This document shows positions 36,173 through 46,593 of a stretch of DNA of 60,432 nt, in pieces. Below the pieces are notes generated by a model. That model was not told the origin of the DNA. It saw only the letters and a program-made list of their open reading frames with translations, and ran no database searches. This stretch comes from Mycobacterium phage prophiGD04-1. Location: sequence record MW584209.1. The stretch is one strand, 5' to 3'. The first letter of the stretch is position 1, and each line of letters starts with the position of its first letter. Both the position numbers and the translations under genes were made by a program.

Positions 36173-36586
36173 ATGTCTACTGACATCTCGATGCAGACAA
36201 CGACCTACCAGGTCGGCAATCGTCAGTGGCTCCTGGACGAGCCCGACTACAAGCCCAACGTGACCCTGGACATCTCGAAGTTCACGCAGGGCACCCATTT
36301 CCCGAACGGGTACATCCCCTCGGGCACCGCGATCGGCAAGCTGACCTCCGGTGGACTGTTCGGTCCGTACGACGACACCAAGTCCGACGGCACCCAGACG
36401 CTGTACGGCTACACCTACGGCGACGTGCGCGCGGTCCGCCAGAACGGCACGGTCGCCACCAAGGTCGGTACCGGAGCCGTCGTCTCGGGTGCTGTCTCGG
36501 TATCCAAGCTGCCGTTCTCCACTGGAGCCGGCGCGGTCGATGCCAACGGCAAGGACGACACCCCCACCATCCGCTACGAGGCCTGA
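36173..36586 (+). CDS. Head decoration protein (lambda gpD-like)
   Basis: 137 aa immediately upstream of E-like major capsid gene. Confidence 0.5.
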   Translation: MSTDISMQTTTYQVGNRQWLLDEPDYKPNVTLDISKFTQGTHFPNGYIPSGTAIGKLTSGGLFGPYDDTKSDGTQTLYGYTYGDVRAVRQNGTVATKVGTGAVVSGAVSVSKLPFSTGAGAVDANGKDDTPTIRYEA

Positions 36587-36600
36587 GAGGAGGCTGACCA

Positions 36601-37659
36601 ATGGCTCTATTCCTGGACGGCCCACTGCCGCTCGAAGACACCATCGCGTTCGTACAGAGCATCCCGCTGCCGTCGAACAACCAGTTCACGCAGATGATGC
36701 CCAGCAAGCAGTACGACAGCGACGAGATCGACTTCGCGACCATCACGAAGACGAACCGTGCGGCCAAGTTCCGCAACTGGGACGGCTCGTTCTGGATCGC
36801 ACCGCGCGACACCGGATCTGAGAAGCGTGTGCGCATGCTGCCCCTGGGCGGCCAGCTCTCGGTCGGCGAGTACGAACGGCGCCAGATCGAGATGGCCCGC
36901 TACGGCGGCACCATCCAGAGCGTTCTGGTGGACGCGATCTACAACGACCTGGAGAACCTGACGCGCTACGCGCAGAACCGCGTCGAGCTTGCCTGGGGCG
37001 ACGTGCTCACCGATGGTGTGCTCACCATCAACGAGAACGGTGTCCAGCAGCAGGTCGACTACGGCATCCCCGCCGGACAGCTCGTCACCGCCGCGACGTT
37101 GTGGTCCAACCACGCCACCTCGACACCACTGACCGACCTGATCGGCTGGACCGGCATCTACGCGGGCGTGAACGGCGCTCCGCACGGCCAGTTCAAGACC
37201 TCCACCGCGGTGATTCAGCACCTGATGCAGAACGTCCAGTTGATCAACGCGATCAAGGGCGCCAACACCGGTGCCACCTGGGTGTCGATCACCGAGATCA
37301 ACACCTTCCTGGGCGGTTTCGGTATTCCGCCGTTCATCGTGCCCACCGACGGGCAGCCGGGCGGATCGATCTACGCCTCCAGCTTCGACGTGGACGGAGT
37401 CACCACTCCGGCGTTCGCCACCAACAAGGTGGCGTTCCTGCCGGCCGACCTGGGCACCCTGGGCTTCACCGCGTGGGGAGTCCCGACGACCTCACTGGAG
37501 CTGAACGCCAACAACGTTCAGGTCGAGGTCGCCGCCGGGCTGATCGGCATCTTGGTGCGCGAGGAAGCGCCGCCGTTCCGCAAGACCACCTACGTCGATG
37601 GTGTGGTGCTGCCGGTGCTGGCTGACCCACGCAAGATCCTCGTGGCGACGGTGGCCTGA
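36601..37659 (+). CDS. Major capsid protein (lambda gpE-like family)
   Basis: 352 aa, position and composition. Confidence 0.8.
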   Translation: MALFLDGPLPLEDTIAFVQSIPLPSNNQFTQMMPSKQYDSDEIDFATITKTNRAAKFRNWDGSFWIAPRDTGSEKRVRMLPLGGQLSVGEYERRQIEMARYGGTIQSVLVDAIYNDLENLTRYAQNRVELAWGDVLTDGVLTINENGVQQQVDYGIPAGQLVTAATLWSNHATSTPLTDLIGWTGIYAGVNGAPHGQFKTSTAVIQHLMQNVQLINAIKGANTGATWVSITEINTFLGGFGIPPFIVPTDGQPGGSIYASSFDVDGVTTPAFATNKVAFLPADLGTLGFTAWGVPTTSLELNANNVQVEVAAGLIGILVREEAPPFRKTTYVDGVVLPVLADPRKILVATVA

Positions 37660-38093
37660 TGGCGATCGTCGGACAGTACGCGCTGTGCGTGCAGGATGCC
37701 GAGGGCACCTTCCACTCGTTCCTGCCGGGCCAGCAGGTGCCGGCGTGGGTGGTCGCACTGGTCACCAATCCTCGTGCGTTCGTTGCCGAACCGGCGGACG
37801 AAGGGGAAGACCCTGCCGCGGGTGATGACGGTCAGCCGACATCGAGCGATCCCGCTGCGGCCAGCGAGGGGGCTACGCCGGAGAACCCGGGCGACACCTC
37901 CCCGGACGCTGGCGATCAGGGTGGCACTGCGGCGCCGGCACCGATTGCACTGACTGCGCCGCCGCACGCCGGGGTTGGTTCCGGCAGGGACGCGTGGGCC
38001 GACTACGCCAGCGCCAGCGGCGTCGTCGTCCAGGACGACTGGAAGCGCGATCAGATCATCGAAGCTTGCCGTCAGGCGGGCGTCGCAGTCTGA
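37659..38093 (+). CDS. Hypothetical head-tail region protein
   Basis: 144 aa. Confidence 0.5.
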   Translation: MAIVGQYALCVQDAEGTFHSFLPGQQVPAWVVALVTNPRAFVAEPADEGEDPAAGDDGQPTSSDPAAASEGATPENPGDTSPDAGDQGGTAAPAPIALTAPPHAGVGSGRDAWADYASASGVVVQDDWKRDQIIEACRQAGVAV

Positions 38094-38515
38094 TGGCAGA
38101 CCCAGTGGCCCCGGCGAAGTTCGCCTCGGTCAGTGACGTGACCTCCCGGTTCGAGGGGACGTTCCCCGCGGACCGGGAGGGCTGGGTCCAACTGCGCATC
38201 GAGGACGTCGAGGCCGAACTCATGGCCCGCGTTCCGTCGCTGCGGGTCCCGGTCGTCGAGATCGCTCCAGACCGGCTCCGCCAGGTCAAACGCCTAGTCG
38301 CCGACAAGGTACTGGACCTGTACCGCAACCCGGACGGGGCCAGCCAGGTGTCACAGACCATGGAGCAGGACACCATGTCGCGCTCCTACTCCCGCGACGC
38401 CTACCGCGGCAAGATCGCGTTCACCGACGACGAACTCGCCTCGGTGCGACTCAAGACGAAACGTCCACGCTTCGGCACCGCCACAATCGCACCCTGGTCG
38501 CCGCCATGCCGCTGA
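38093..38515 (+). CDS. Head-to-tail adaptor/connector
   Basis: 140 aa, TGATG overlap. Confidence 0.55.
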   Translation: MADPVAPAKFASVSDVTSRFEGTFPADREGWVQLRIEDVEAELMARVPSLRVPVVEIAPDRLRQVKRLVADKVLDLYRNPDGASQVSQTMEQDTMSRSYSRDAYRGKIAFTDDELASVRLKTKRPRFGTATIAPWSPPCR

Positions 38516-38829
38516 ACATCAGCGACTACCAAACGGTCATCCCAACCCGGGTAGTCGACGAAGCGAACAACACCCGCGCACCGCTGCCACCGATCGATGT
38601 CGTGGCTTTCCTCGATGAACCCCAGGTACTCCTGGACTCCCAGGGAAAACGGTTCGTGCAGACGGGGATTCTGCGCGTACGCCGCGGCAGCGACCTCAAG
38701 GCGGGCGACGAAGTCCTACTCCCCGAGGGGATCTTCGGTGTGGTCGGCGCCCCGACCGGCAATCGCAATCACTGCATGACCGGGGCTGACTTCGGCTGGG
38801 CCCGGTACAAAATCCGCAGGGGAGGCTGA
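38506..38829 (+). CDS. Head-tail joining (head closure) protein
   Basis: 107 aa. Confidence 0.5.
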   Translation: MPLNISDYQTVIPTRVVDEANNTRAPLPPIDVVAFLDEPQVLLDSQGKRFVQTGILRVRRGSDLKAGDEVLLPEGIFGVVGAPTGNRNHCMTGADFGWARYKIRRGG

Positions 38830-38831
38830 CC

Positions 38832-39218
38832 GTGGACATCACACTCGACCCGGCCCCCAATCCGGCCATCACCAACGCCCTCAACGGCACACAGATGCGC
38901 CGCAGCCTCGAGGCGGTCATCCACACCGCCCAGATGCTGTACCAGGCCAAGGTGGCTAAGCGCAGTAACGCGTTGGCGGCCTCCGCGCGCACCTCGGTGC
39001 ACCGCGGCGGTATCGAGGAAGATCGCCTCGTCGCGGATCTGACTGTCGGTGGCCAAGGACCGCTGGGCATAGTGGATTACGCCGCCTCGCATGAGTTTGG
39101 CACCGAGGAACAGCGCGGCCAGAACGATGCAGCGCGGCTGGCCGGCGAGATCCCGATCGATGAACACCCTGGTGCCCGTGACCTGAACTGGGTGCTCGAG
39201 GAGCTGCACCAGTGGTGA
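38832..39218 (+). CDS. Tail completion protein (HK97 gp10-like)
   Basis: 128 aa. Confidence 0.5.
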   Translation: MDITLDPAPNPAITNALNGTQMRRSLEAVIHTAQMLYQAKVAKRSNALAASARTSVHRGGIEEDRLVADLTVGGQGPLGIVDYAASHEFGTEEQRGQNDAARLAGEIPIDEHPGARDLNWVLEELHQW

Positions 39219-39688
39219 GCTTTCCGCCGTGGTGGAAGGGCGGATACCCCGACGTCGAGAAGCTGCTTGCCAAGTCGCTCATCCAGCCCTGGCTGGGCGA
39301 TGTCAAAGTCGAATACTGGCTTCCTGCCAACGCCCTGGAGCAGATCCAGGACGGTGTCGAATTCCTGCGGGTACGCCGCATTGGCGGCCGCATCAACCTC
39401 AACGAGAAGCGCGACGAACCTGTAGTGCAGTTCGCCGCCCTCACCAAGTCTCGCGACATTTCCTATGAGCTCATCGAGTTCGTCCGCAGCGGCGTGCTGG
39501 AGCCGTTCATGGAGGCCGTCGCGATAGTTCCGGGAACCCCACACAAACTGGGCTGTGAGGGCGAAATCGTTGGCCCGCAGTCCATCCCGGAACCCATCAG
39601 GGACGAACGCCTCGTCCCTTCAACCTTCGTGCTGCACACCTGGAAGCCGAAGGGTCTTCCGAATTACCGACAGGCCCTCGGCCTCTAA
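39212..39688 (+). CDS. Tail terminator protein
   Basis: 158 aa preceding major tail gene. Confidence 0.5.
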   Translation: MVSFPPWWKGGYPDVEKLLAKSLIQPWLGDVKVEYWLPANALEQIQDGVEFLRVRRIGGRINLNEKRDEPVVQFAALTKSRDISYELIEFVRSGVLEPFMEAVAIVPGTPHKLGCEGEIVGPQSIPEPIRDERLVPSTFVLHTWKPKGLPNYRQALGL

Positions 39689-39706
39689 ACCGAAAGGTGA
39701 ATCACC

Positions 39707-40633
39707 ATGTCCATTGATTTCCAGCTGGGTCAGTCCGACCTGGAACTCGCCGGTTGCGACAGCCGGGTATTCCTGGCTCCCTACGTCGGGACCGCGCCCC
39801 TGACCTCCCTCGAAGATGTCACCAACGGCGGCATCGACAAGACCAAGATCGGTGCCGGATCGCGATTCGTCTCGGTCGGCAACTACGAAAAGAAGGCCGG
39901 CGTCAAGCTGTCCAACAAGCCCAACATCAGCGACGTGATGTCAGCCGGCAAGGGCTCGCCCACCCGGCAGCTGCCCACCGATGCCAAGAAGGGCATCACC
40001 TACACGCCGCAGGAGATGAAGCTCGTCAACCTGATGAACGCGTGGGGCTTCCTGCCGTCAGCGGTCTCGGCGCCGTCCGCCAAGGGCGGTATCACCATCG
40101 GCATCCCCGAACTGCCCGCCAACATCTTGTGGCGTTCGGTCCTGCTGGCCTGGGACTCGTTCAACGGCAAGGACATCTGGATGTACTGGATCGCCAACAA
40201 GACCAACGTGGGCGATCGCGACGACATCAACGCCCACGAGGACGGCAACGTGATCACCCACGGCGTCGGCCTGAACTTCCAGTCCGACCCCACCGTCGGC
40301 TTGCCCGTCATCTTTGGTATCTGCGGCGAGGGATTCCAGGACCTGATGGCGGCCACCGACACCGGTGGGCTCTACCCGCCGATCACGGGCATCACCGTCA
40401 CCCCGAGCACCGCGACCCTGACTGTCGCGAACGGGGCCGGTCACACCAAGCAGCTCAAGGTGGTGGACTCCAACGGCCTGGACCGCACGGCGCTGGCGAC
40501 CTACCAGAGCGATGCCACGGCCAAGGCCACGGTCGATGCACTCGGCCTGATCACCGCGGTGGCGGCCGGAACCGCCAACGTCGCGGCCAGCTACGGCGGC
40601 TTCTCGGCCACCTGCGCGGCCACTGTCTCCTAA
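39707..40633 (+). CDS. Major tail protein with C-terminal Big_2 Ig-like domain
   Basis: 308 aa; C-terminal ...ITVTPSTATLTVANGAGHTKQLKVVDSNG... Ig-like segment. Confidence 0.8.
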   Translation: MSIDFQLGQSDLELAGCDSRVFLAPYVGTAPLTSLEDVTNGGIDKTKIGAGSRFVSVGNYEKKAGVKLSNKPNISDVMSAGKGSPTRQLPTDAKKGITYTPQEMKLVNLMNAWGFLPSAVSAPSAKGGITIGIPELPANILWRSVLLAWDSFNGKDIWMYWIANKTNVGDRDDINAHEDGNVITHGVGLNFQSDPTVGLPVIFGICGEGFQDLMAATDTGGLYPPITGITVTPSTATLTVANGAGHTKQLKVVDSNGLDRTALATYQSDATAKATVDALGLITAVAAGTANVAASYGGFSATCAATVS

Positions 40634-40708
40634 CGACCCACAAGGCCACCCACCTCCACCGAAAATGGTTGGGGTGGGTGGCCTTTCCATATCTGAAAGG
40701 CAGTCCCA

Positions 40709-41200
40709 ATGGCAGGACCAAAGAAGACCCCCGCGCGTGCGGCCGCCAAGACCAGGGCAGCATCCGGGCGTTACCTCGAACTGATCCAGGAAGTTGACGC
40801 ACCCCAGCCCTACCAGATCGCCGACGAACTGGTCATCGACCCGCCCTCAAAGCCCATGGCGGACAAACTCAACGACGCCCACTACCGCATGGCTGTGGCC
40901 AATGCGATGACCCAGGCGATGCTGGCCCAGCCCGACCAGTTCACCATGGACAACTTCACCTCGGTGCGTGAGATGTCCGAAAAGGCCGTTGAGGACTACA
41001 ACGATGCGTTCTTCAACGGCCGGTATCACGAGGTGCAGGAGTTCTTCACCGGACAGAGCAACGAGTACTGGAACGCCTTCGTCACTGACTACAAGGCGCA
41101 TATGTGGCCCAAAGAGCCCGATGCCGAAGGTGTTTGCCCGACCTGCGGACATGACCCCCGCACGGAGGCAGCCCCTTTAGGGCCCGCGTCCTTGAGCTAG
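40709..41200 (+). CDS. Tail assembly chaperone (gpG-like)
   Basis: Position before the tape measure gene; slippery site near 3' end. Confidence 0.75.
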   Translation: MAGPKKTPARAAAKTRAASGRYLELIQEVDAPQPYQIADELVIDPPSKPMADKLNDAHYRMAVANAMTQAMLAQPDQFTMDNFTSVREMSEKAVEDYNDAFFNGRYHEVQEFFTGQSNEYWNAFVTDYKAHMWPKEPDAEGVCPTCGHDPRTEAAPLGPASLS

Positions 41201-41616
41201 TCGACTGGTACTGGGACGCCATCGAAAAAGACTTCGCCGGCATCGGCTGGGACGCCATGGACTACTTTCGCGGGCTCAAGTCGTGGCGGCAGTTCGCCAA
41301 CATCTGCACGAAATTCGCGAACGAAGACGGCACGTACCTGCAGGCGGCGCAACTCAAGGACCCACGCCACCTCGGTGCGCTCATGAAGCAGTACGAGGAA
41401 GCCGGAAAGTCCAAAGAGCCATACCGCCCTCCCCTGGAGGGTCATTCAGCGCTGTTGGCAGCAATCACGGGACTACGCAACGACATTCGCCGCGTCAACG
41501 GGCTTCCTCGCATCGAGGGGCCCAAGACGCCGATCGATGAGGCCAAAGAACGCCAGAAGGCATACAGCGACCGGCGCATAGACGCGGCCCTGGGCTACGA
41601 CAAGGAGGTGACCTGA
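40709..41616 (+). CDS. Tail assembly chaperone G-T fusion via programmed -1 frameshift at CCCTTTA (41173-41179)
   Basis: X_XXY_YYZ heptamer in frame 0; -1 frame continues open through 41616. Confidence 0.65.
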
Positions 41617-41619
41617 TAC

Positions 41620-44600
41620 GTGACCGAGTACTCAGCCGGTGAAGCCAAGCTACGGGTAGTCCCAGATGCCTCCGAGTTCAAGGGCAAGCTCGAAGCGGAC
41701 ATGCGCAAGATCCGCGCCGAGTTCACGGTCAACGTCAACGCCGCCACCGCCCAAGCACGAGCCGACATCGAGCGCTTCCGGGACACCCAGGAACGCAACA
41801 ACATCCGCGTCGGGGTGGACGCCTCCCTGGGGCAGGCCCAAGCCGATATGCGGCGCTTCCGAACCGAGCAGGAAGCCAACCGGCTCACCGTCCGGGTGGA
41901 TGCCGACACCCGCAGCGCCCGCCGCGAGATCGAAGACCTGCGCCGCAGTGTCACCCACGGATCCCTGGGCAGCGCGCTCGCCTGGAACGTCGGAGCAGCT
42001 GGCCTAGCTCTTCTGCCCTCGGCCGCCACAGGGTTGGTGTCGCTGGCTGGGGCGCTGCAGCAGGTAGCGCAGTCGGGCATCGCCGTCCCGGGCATCATGG
42101 GCGGCGTCGCGTCCTCGGTCGGCGCACTGGCCCTGGGCCTGTCGGGAGTCAAGGACGCCTACAGCGCCGCCGCGGACGCCGCGGGCAAGTTCGGCGCCGA
42201 CGGAGCCCAACAGTCCCAACAAGCCGCCGCAGCCGCCAACGCGCTGCGCAATGCCATCTACGACGAGGCACGCGCGCAACGAGATGTCGCACAAGCCCGC
42301 AAGGACGCCCGCCAACAGCTGCAAGATCTGAACCTCGAGCTGCGCGGCGGACGGATCAGCGAGGCCCAGGCCGTCCTGTCGGCGCAGCGAGCCCGCCGCG
42401 ACCTGCAATCTGGACAGTACCGAGATGCCCTGGACTACCAGGAAGCCCAACTGCGCGTGGTCGAAGCCGACCAGCGCGTCATGGAAACCCGGGCCCGCAA
42501 CGCCGAACTGCAGGACAAGGCCAACGACGCCAACGCCAAGGGCGTCGACAGCTCGGACCTGGTGGTGGACGCCCAGGAACGCCTGGTGCGCGCCCACCAA
42601 GCGGCCCAGCAGGCCCAAGCCGCCTCCATCGCCTCGACGGTGGCCGCAGCTGCCGCGCTGGATAACCTGGCGCCCAACGCCGCCCAGTTCGTCAAGACGC
42701 TCGTCGGTATGCGCGAGCAGTTCCGCGGGCTACGCACCGACGTGCAGCAGGCGCTATTCGCCGGCCTATCCGATGAGATCAAGACCCTGGTCGAGGGCGA
42801 TCTGCCGGTCCTGGACCGCGGGCTGACCAACGTAGCCACCGGCATCAACCAGAACTTCGTCCAACTGTTCCGGTCATTGGGCTCCACACAGTCCCAGGGC
42901 CTGCTTGATCGCATCCTGGGCAACACCGGCGAGGCGCAGAAGCGATTCACCGCCGCGATCGATCCGATCGTGCACTCGATCCAAACCCTGACCGGCGGCT
43001 CCTCAGATGCCCTGCCGCGCATCGCCGACGGCATCGGCAAGGTAGCCGACCGCTTCGACCACTTCATCACCGAAGCCGACAAGGACGGCCGACTGGCCAA
43101 GTGGATCGACGAAGGCATCGACGGCTTCACCAGCATGGGCAACACCTTGCTCAACATCGGCGGCATATTCACCGCACTGACCAAAGCCGCTGGCGGCGGC
43201 GGACTTCTCGGAATCCTCGAACAGAACACCAAGCGCCTATCGGACTTCCTGAACTCCACCAAGGGTCAGGACCAGCTGCGCAAGTTCTTCGCCGACGCAC
43301 GCGCCGAGCTCGACAAATGGGCGCCGATCCTGCGCGACCTGCCCGGAATCATCGGCGGCGTCATCAGCGCAGCCCAAGAAGGCTCCGGTGTCGTCATGGG
43401 CGTACTTCGCCCCGTCTCCCAGATCCTTGGCGAACACCCACAGCTAGTCAAAGACGTCGCGCTGGCCTTCCTGATCTGGAAAACCGTTCCACCCCTGGTG
43501 GGAGGGGTCACTAACTCCCTGGGCGCACTGTCTCGCGGCCTGACCGAGGTGGGCACCGGATTCTCCAGCACCAGGGACCGCATCACCCGCGGCATGGACG
43601 CCGTCGACGAACGCTTCACCGCGGCGGGCAGCGAGCGCGGCGGAGTACGCCGCTTCTCCAAGGCTCTCGCCGGAATCTCTGCCGCCGGCGGCCCGCTGTC
43701 GCTGCTGGTAACCGCCGGCATACCGCTCGTGGCGCAGTTCGTCACTCGCATCACCCAAGACATGGACAACGCCGCCGAGCACATCAAGTCCGTGAACGAA
43801 GAGGCCAAGAGCCTGATCGGCACCCTAGAGGCGGTCACCAACCTCACCGGCACCGCCACACGAAAGGCATTGGCCGACGAGCTCCAGAACGTCGAAGGCG
43901 GCCCCGGCAAGGGCCTGGGAGGAGATGCCCTCAATGCCGCCAAACTCCTAGGCCTAGGCGGTACTGATCAGCGCGACGTCATCACCGCAGCGCTGCCGGG
44001 CGGGGGTGCTCAGTACGACCAGATCATGGGCCCGATCCGCGACAAGGTCCGCCCCGCGGTGCAGGACTTCATCAAGAGCCAAGGCCTCAAGCCCGGCGAA
44101 GGCAAGCTCCAAGGCATCGATGAGAACACCATCATCGACGCATGGCTGGGCGTACCAGGGGCACTGGAGAAGGTCACCAACGCAAAGGAGTTGGGCCAGA
44201 ACATCGTCCAACTCGGCACGCTACAGAGCCAGGTGGAAGCTCTGGGCTCGGGTGACCCGGCGTTCCTGGCTTCACTGCTGGGCCAGCGCTTGAACTTCGA
44301 GCGCAGCGGTGCCGGGGGAGCGGTGAGTCAGGCCCAAGCCGCCCAGGCAGCCGCCACGCCACAACCGCGTCTCAAGCCTGAATTCGCCCAGCAATTCCCA
44401 GGTGCGGTGGTCAACTCAGATGGCACCACCACCACGATCGTGTCGACCATCGGGCCGAACGCGGGCATGGGCCTCAGTGAGCAATCGCAAGCCACACAGG
44501 GCGTTCCGCCCAATCAGGACAAGTGGACCTACCGCCTCTCGCCCGAGGACGCCCGCCGCCTGACCTACGAGAATGGTGGCTTCACTCCCGGGCACACGGG

Positions 44601-46593
44601 AACGGGGCCCACCGGTGGCCACGTCGCCGAGGTCCACAAAAAGGAGTTCGTCGTCAGCGAGCGCGGCACCGCCGCGGTGCCGGCACCGTTCCTGCACGCA
44701 CTGAACACCGGCATCGTCGACTCCAGCCTGCTGCTGCCGAAATACGACCAAGGCGGCTTCGTCGGCCCGGACGGCAACCCCATCGTGACTGGCCCGCTGC
44801 CCGGCGCGGCACCCGTGGCGCCGATCGCCCCCGCACCCCAAGGTGGCGGCCTGCTCTCGGCGGTCGGCAAGGCAGTCGACGGCATCCAAGGACCGATCAA
44901 CAACATCACCGGCGCGCTCGGAAACCTCGGCGGCGGCAAGGGTGGTCAAAGCATCCAGATTCCTGGTCTGGGGCTGTCCATTCCGACCGGCGGCAACTTC
45001 ACCATGCCCACGCTGGAGTCCTGGATGCCGTGGCTACCCAAGCCCGGTCAGGACATGTCCACCTGGAACCCGTTCGCGGGAGCGCCGGACAAGATTCAGC
45101 CGCAGAACATTGCCTTCCGGGGCGCATCCACCCTGATCCAGGGCGCACTGAGTGGCCTGGGCCTGGACGGCTCAATCTTGTCGCAGAACAACCCCTACAA
45201 CCAGGCTGCGCAGCGCACCGCCCAGTTCTACCTGGACAAGCTCGGCGGCGGTGGCGGCCAGGCCGACGCAGGCGTTCAGGCCGTCATCGACAGTGCGAAT
45301 GCTGGCGCCCTGCAACTACCGTCGGCCACCGGGCTTGCAATCCCGGGCGCCGATGGCACCTTGAGCCCCGCGGCGCTACGCGGCATCCAGTACGCCCAGC
45401 AGCACGCCGTAGGCCAGAAGTACGTCTACGGCGGAGTCGGTGCCGCGCAATACGAGGGTGGCCCCGGCGGCTATGACTGCTCGGGTATCGCCTCGGCCAT
45501 CTACGCCGCGACCAAGGGGCTGCCACAAGGACAGCGCTACTTCACCACCGAGTCCGATTTCGCCGCACTGGGATTCATCCCCGGATACAAGTCCGGCGAG
45601 CTGAACATCGGCGTCATGCGCGGCGGCGGCGGACCCAACTCACACATGGCGCTCACGCTGCCCAACGGCGTCAAGGTCGAGTCCGGGGGCGCGGCCGATG
45701 CCACCCAGTACGGCGGAGCAGCCAAGGGCGCAACAGACTTCGCGTTGCAATGGCACCTACCTGTCTCCTCGGACGCCAAGGGGTCAGTACCCGGACTGTA
45801 TGACATCGGTGGCTGGCTGCAGCCTGGCCTACAGATGGTCATGAACAAGACCAGCGCCCCCGAGCCGGTACTCAACGCCCAGCAGTGGAACACCGCCTCC
45901 AAGGCGATCGAAATGGTCAGCTCCGCGCGTCCCACACCGCCGCAGCCGCCCATGGGCGGAGCGCAGGGCGGTATCAGCACCGGCGGTGCTGGCATCCAGC
46001 CATATAACCCCACGCAGAAGCCAGCCTCATCGCCCGCACCCTCGGCGGCACCCGCTGCGCCGGCGAGCCCAAGCACGTTGCAGCCCCAGGAGTCTGCACC
46101 CGAGCAGGCGCCGACGCAGCAGCAAGGGCCGACGTTCGCGCCGGGCACCGTCGGGGCAGCGCCGTCGAGTCTGAATCACAACCTGCCCGCCATCGATAAG
46201 GCGATCGACTCCACCGCCTCGACTCTGGCCAATCTGGCATCGACTGCGATCTCCGCCGCGGCCGCCGGGGGATCGATGGGCATGGGTGGGGGAGCTGGAG
46301 GGGCGTTGGCGTCCTCCATGGTCGCTGGCGGCATAAAGCAAGCGGGCAAGATCGCGAAAAACGTGGCCAACGTGGGCTCCTCGTTGCTGGTCGGCTCAGT
46401 GCCCGGATCGAACGGCACCGCCGACCGCGCCTACGGGGAGCTGCTGCGCCCGGTGCAGAACGCGCCGATCACCGCGCCCGTCTACTCACCGACCTACAAC
46501 GTCTCGGGCAATTACGAACTGCGCTCGGCGATGGATCAGCTGGAGTTGAAGGAAAAAGTGGACGCACAATCACGACTGGCGAACAAGCCATGA
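41620..46593 (+). CDS. Tape measure protein (1657 aa) with embedded NlpC/P60-like peptidoglycan hydrolase motif
   Basis: Longest ORF in the tail module; YVYGGVGAAQYEGGPGGYDCSGIASAIYAA Cys motif ~45400-45700. Confidence 0.9.
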   Translation: MTEYSAGEAKLRVVPDASEFKGKLEADMRKIRAEFTVNVNAATAQARADIERFRDTQERNNIRVGVDASLGQAQADMRRFRTEQEANRLTVRVDADTRSARREIEDLRRSVTHGSLGSALAWNVGAAGLALLPSAATGLVSLAGALQQVAQSGIAVPGIMGGVASSVGALALGLSGVKDAYSAAADAAGKFGADGAQQSQQAAAAANALRNAIYDEARAQRDVAQARKDARQQLQDLNLELRGGRISEAQAVLSAQRARRDLQSGQYRDALDYQEAQLRVVEADQRVMETRARNAELQDKANDANAKGVDSSDLVVDAQERLVRAHQAAQQAQAASIASTVAAAAALDNLAPNAAQFVKTLVGMREQFRGLRTDVQQALFAGLSDEIKTLVEGDLPVLDRGLTNVATGINQNFVQLFRSLGSTQSQGLLDRILGNTGEAQKRFTAAIDPIVHSIQTLTGGSSDALPRIADGIGKVADRFDHFITEADKDGRLAKWIDEGIDGFTSMGNTLLNIGGIFTALTKAAGGGGLLGILEQNTKRLSDFLNSTKGQDQLRKFFADARAELDKWAPILRDLPGIIGGVISAAQEGSGVVMGVLRPVSQILGEHPQLVKDVALAFLIWKTVPPLVGGVTNSLGALSRGLTEVGTGFSSTRDRITRGMDAVDERFTAAGSERGGVRRFSKALAGISAAGGPLSLLVTAGIPLVAQFVTRITQDMDNAAEHIKSVNEEAKSLIGTLEAVTNLTGTATRKALADELQNVEGGPGKGLGGDALNAAKLLGLGGTDQRDVITAALPGGGAQYDQIMGPIRDKVRPAVQDFIKSQGLKPGEGKLQGIDENTIIDAWLGVPGALEKVTNAKELGQNIVQLGTLQSQVEALGSGDPAFLASLLGQRLNFERSGAGGAVSQAQAAQAAATPQPRLKPEFAQQFPGAVVNSDGTTTTIVSTIGPNAGMGLSEQSQATQGVPPNQDKWTYRLSPEDARRLTYENGGFTPGHTGTGPTGGHVAEVHKKEFVVSERGTAAVPAPFLHALNTGIVDSSLLLPKYDQGGFVGPDGNPIVTGPLPGAAPVAPIAPAPQGGGLLSAVGKAVDGIQGPINNITGALGNLGGGKGGQSIQIPGLGLSIPTGGNFTMPTLESWMPWLPKPGQDMSTWNPFAGAPDKIQPQNIAFRGASTLIQGALSGLGLDGSILSQNNPYNQAAQRTAQFYLDKLGGGGGQADAGVQAVIDSANAGALQLPSATGLAIPGADGTLSPAALRGIQYAQQHAVGQKYVYGGVGAAQYEGGPGGYDCSGIASAIYAATKGLPQGQRYFTTESDFAALGFIPGYKSGELNIGVMRGGGGPNSHMALTLPNGVKVESGGAADATQYGGAAKGATDFALQWHLPVSSDAKGSVPGLYDIGGWLQPGLQMVMNKTSAPEPVLNAQQWNTASKAIEMVSSARPTPPQPPMGGAQGGISTGGAGIQPYNPTQKPASSPAPSAAPAAPASPSTLQPQESAPEQAPTQQQGPTFAPGTVGAAPSSLNHNLPAIDKAIDSTASTLANLASTAISAAAAGGSMGMGGGAGGALASSMVAGGIKQAGKIAKNVANVGSSLLVGSVPGSNGTADRAYGELLRPVQNAPITAPVYSPTYNVSGNYELRSAMDQLELKEKVDAQSRLANKP

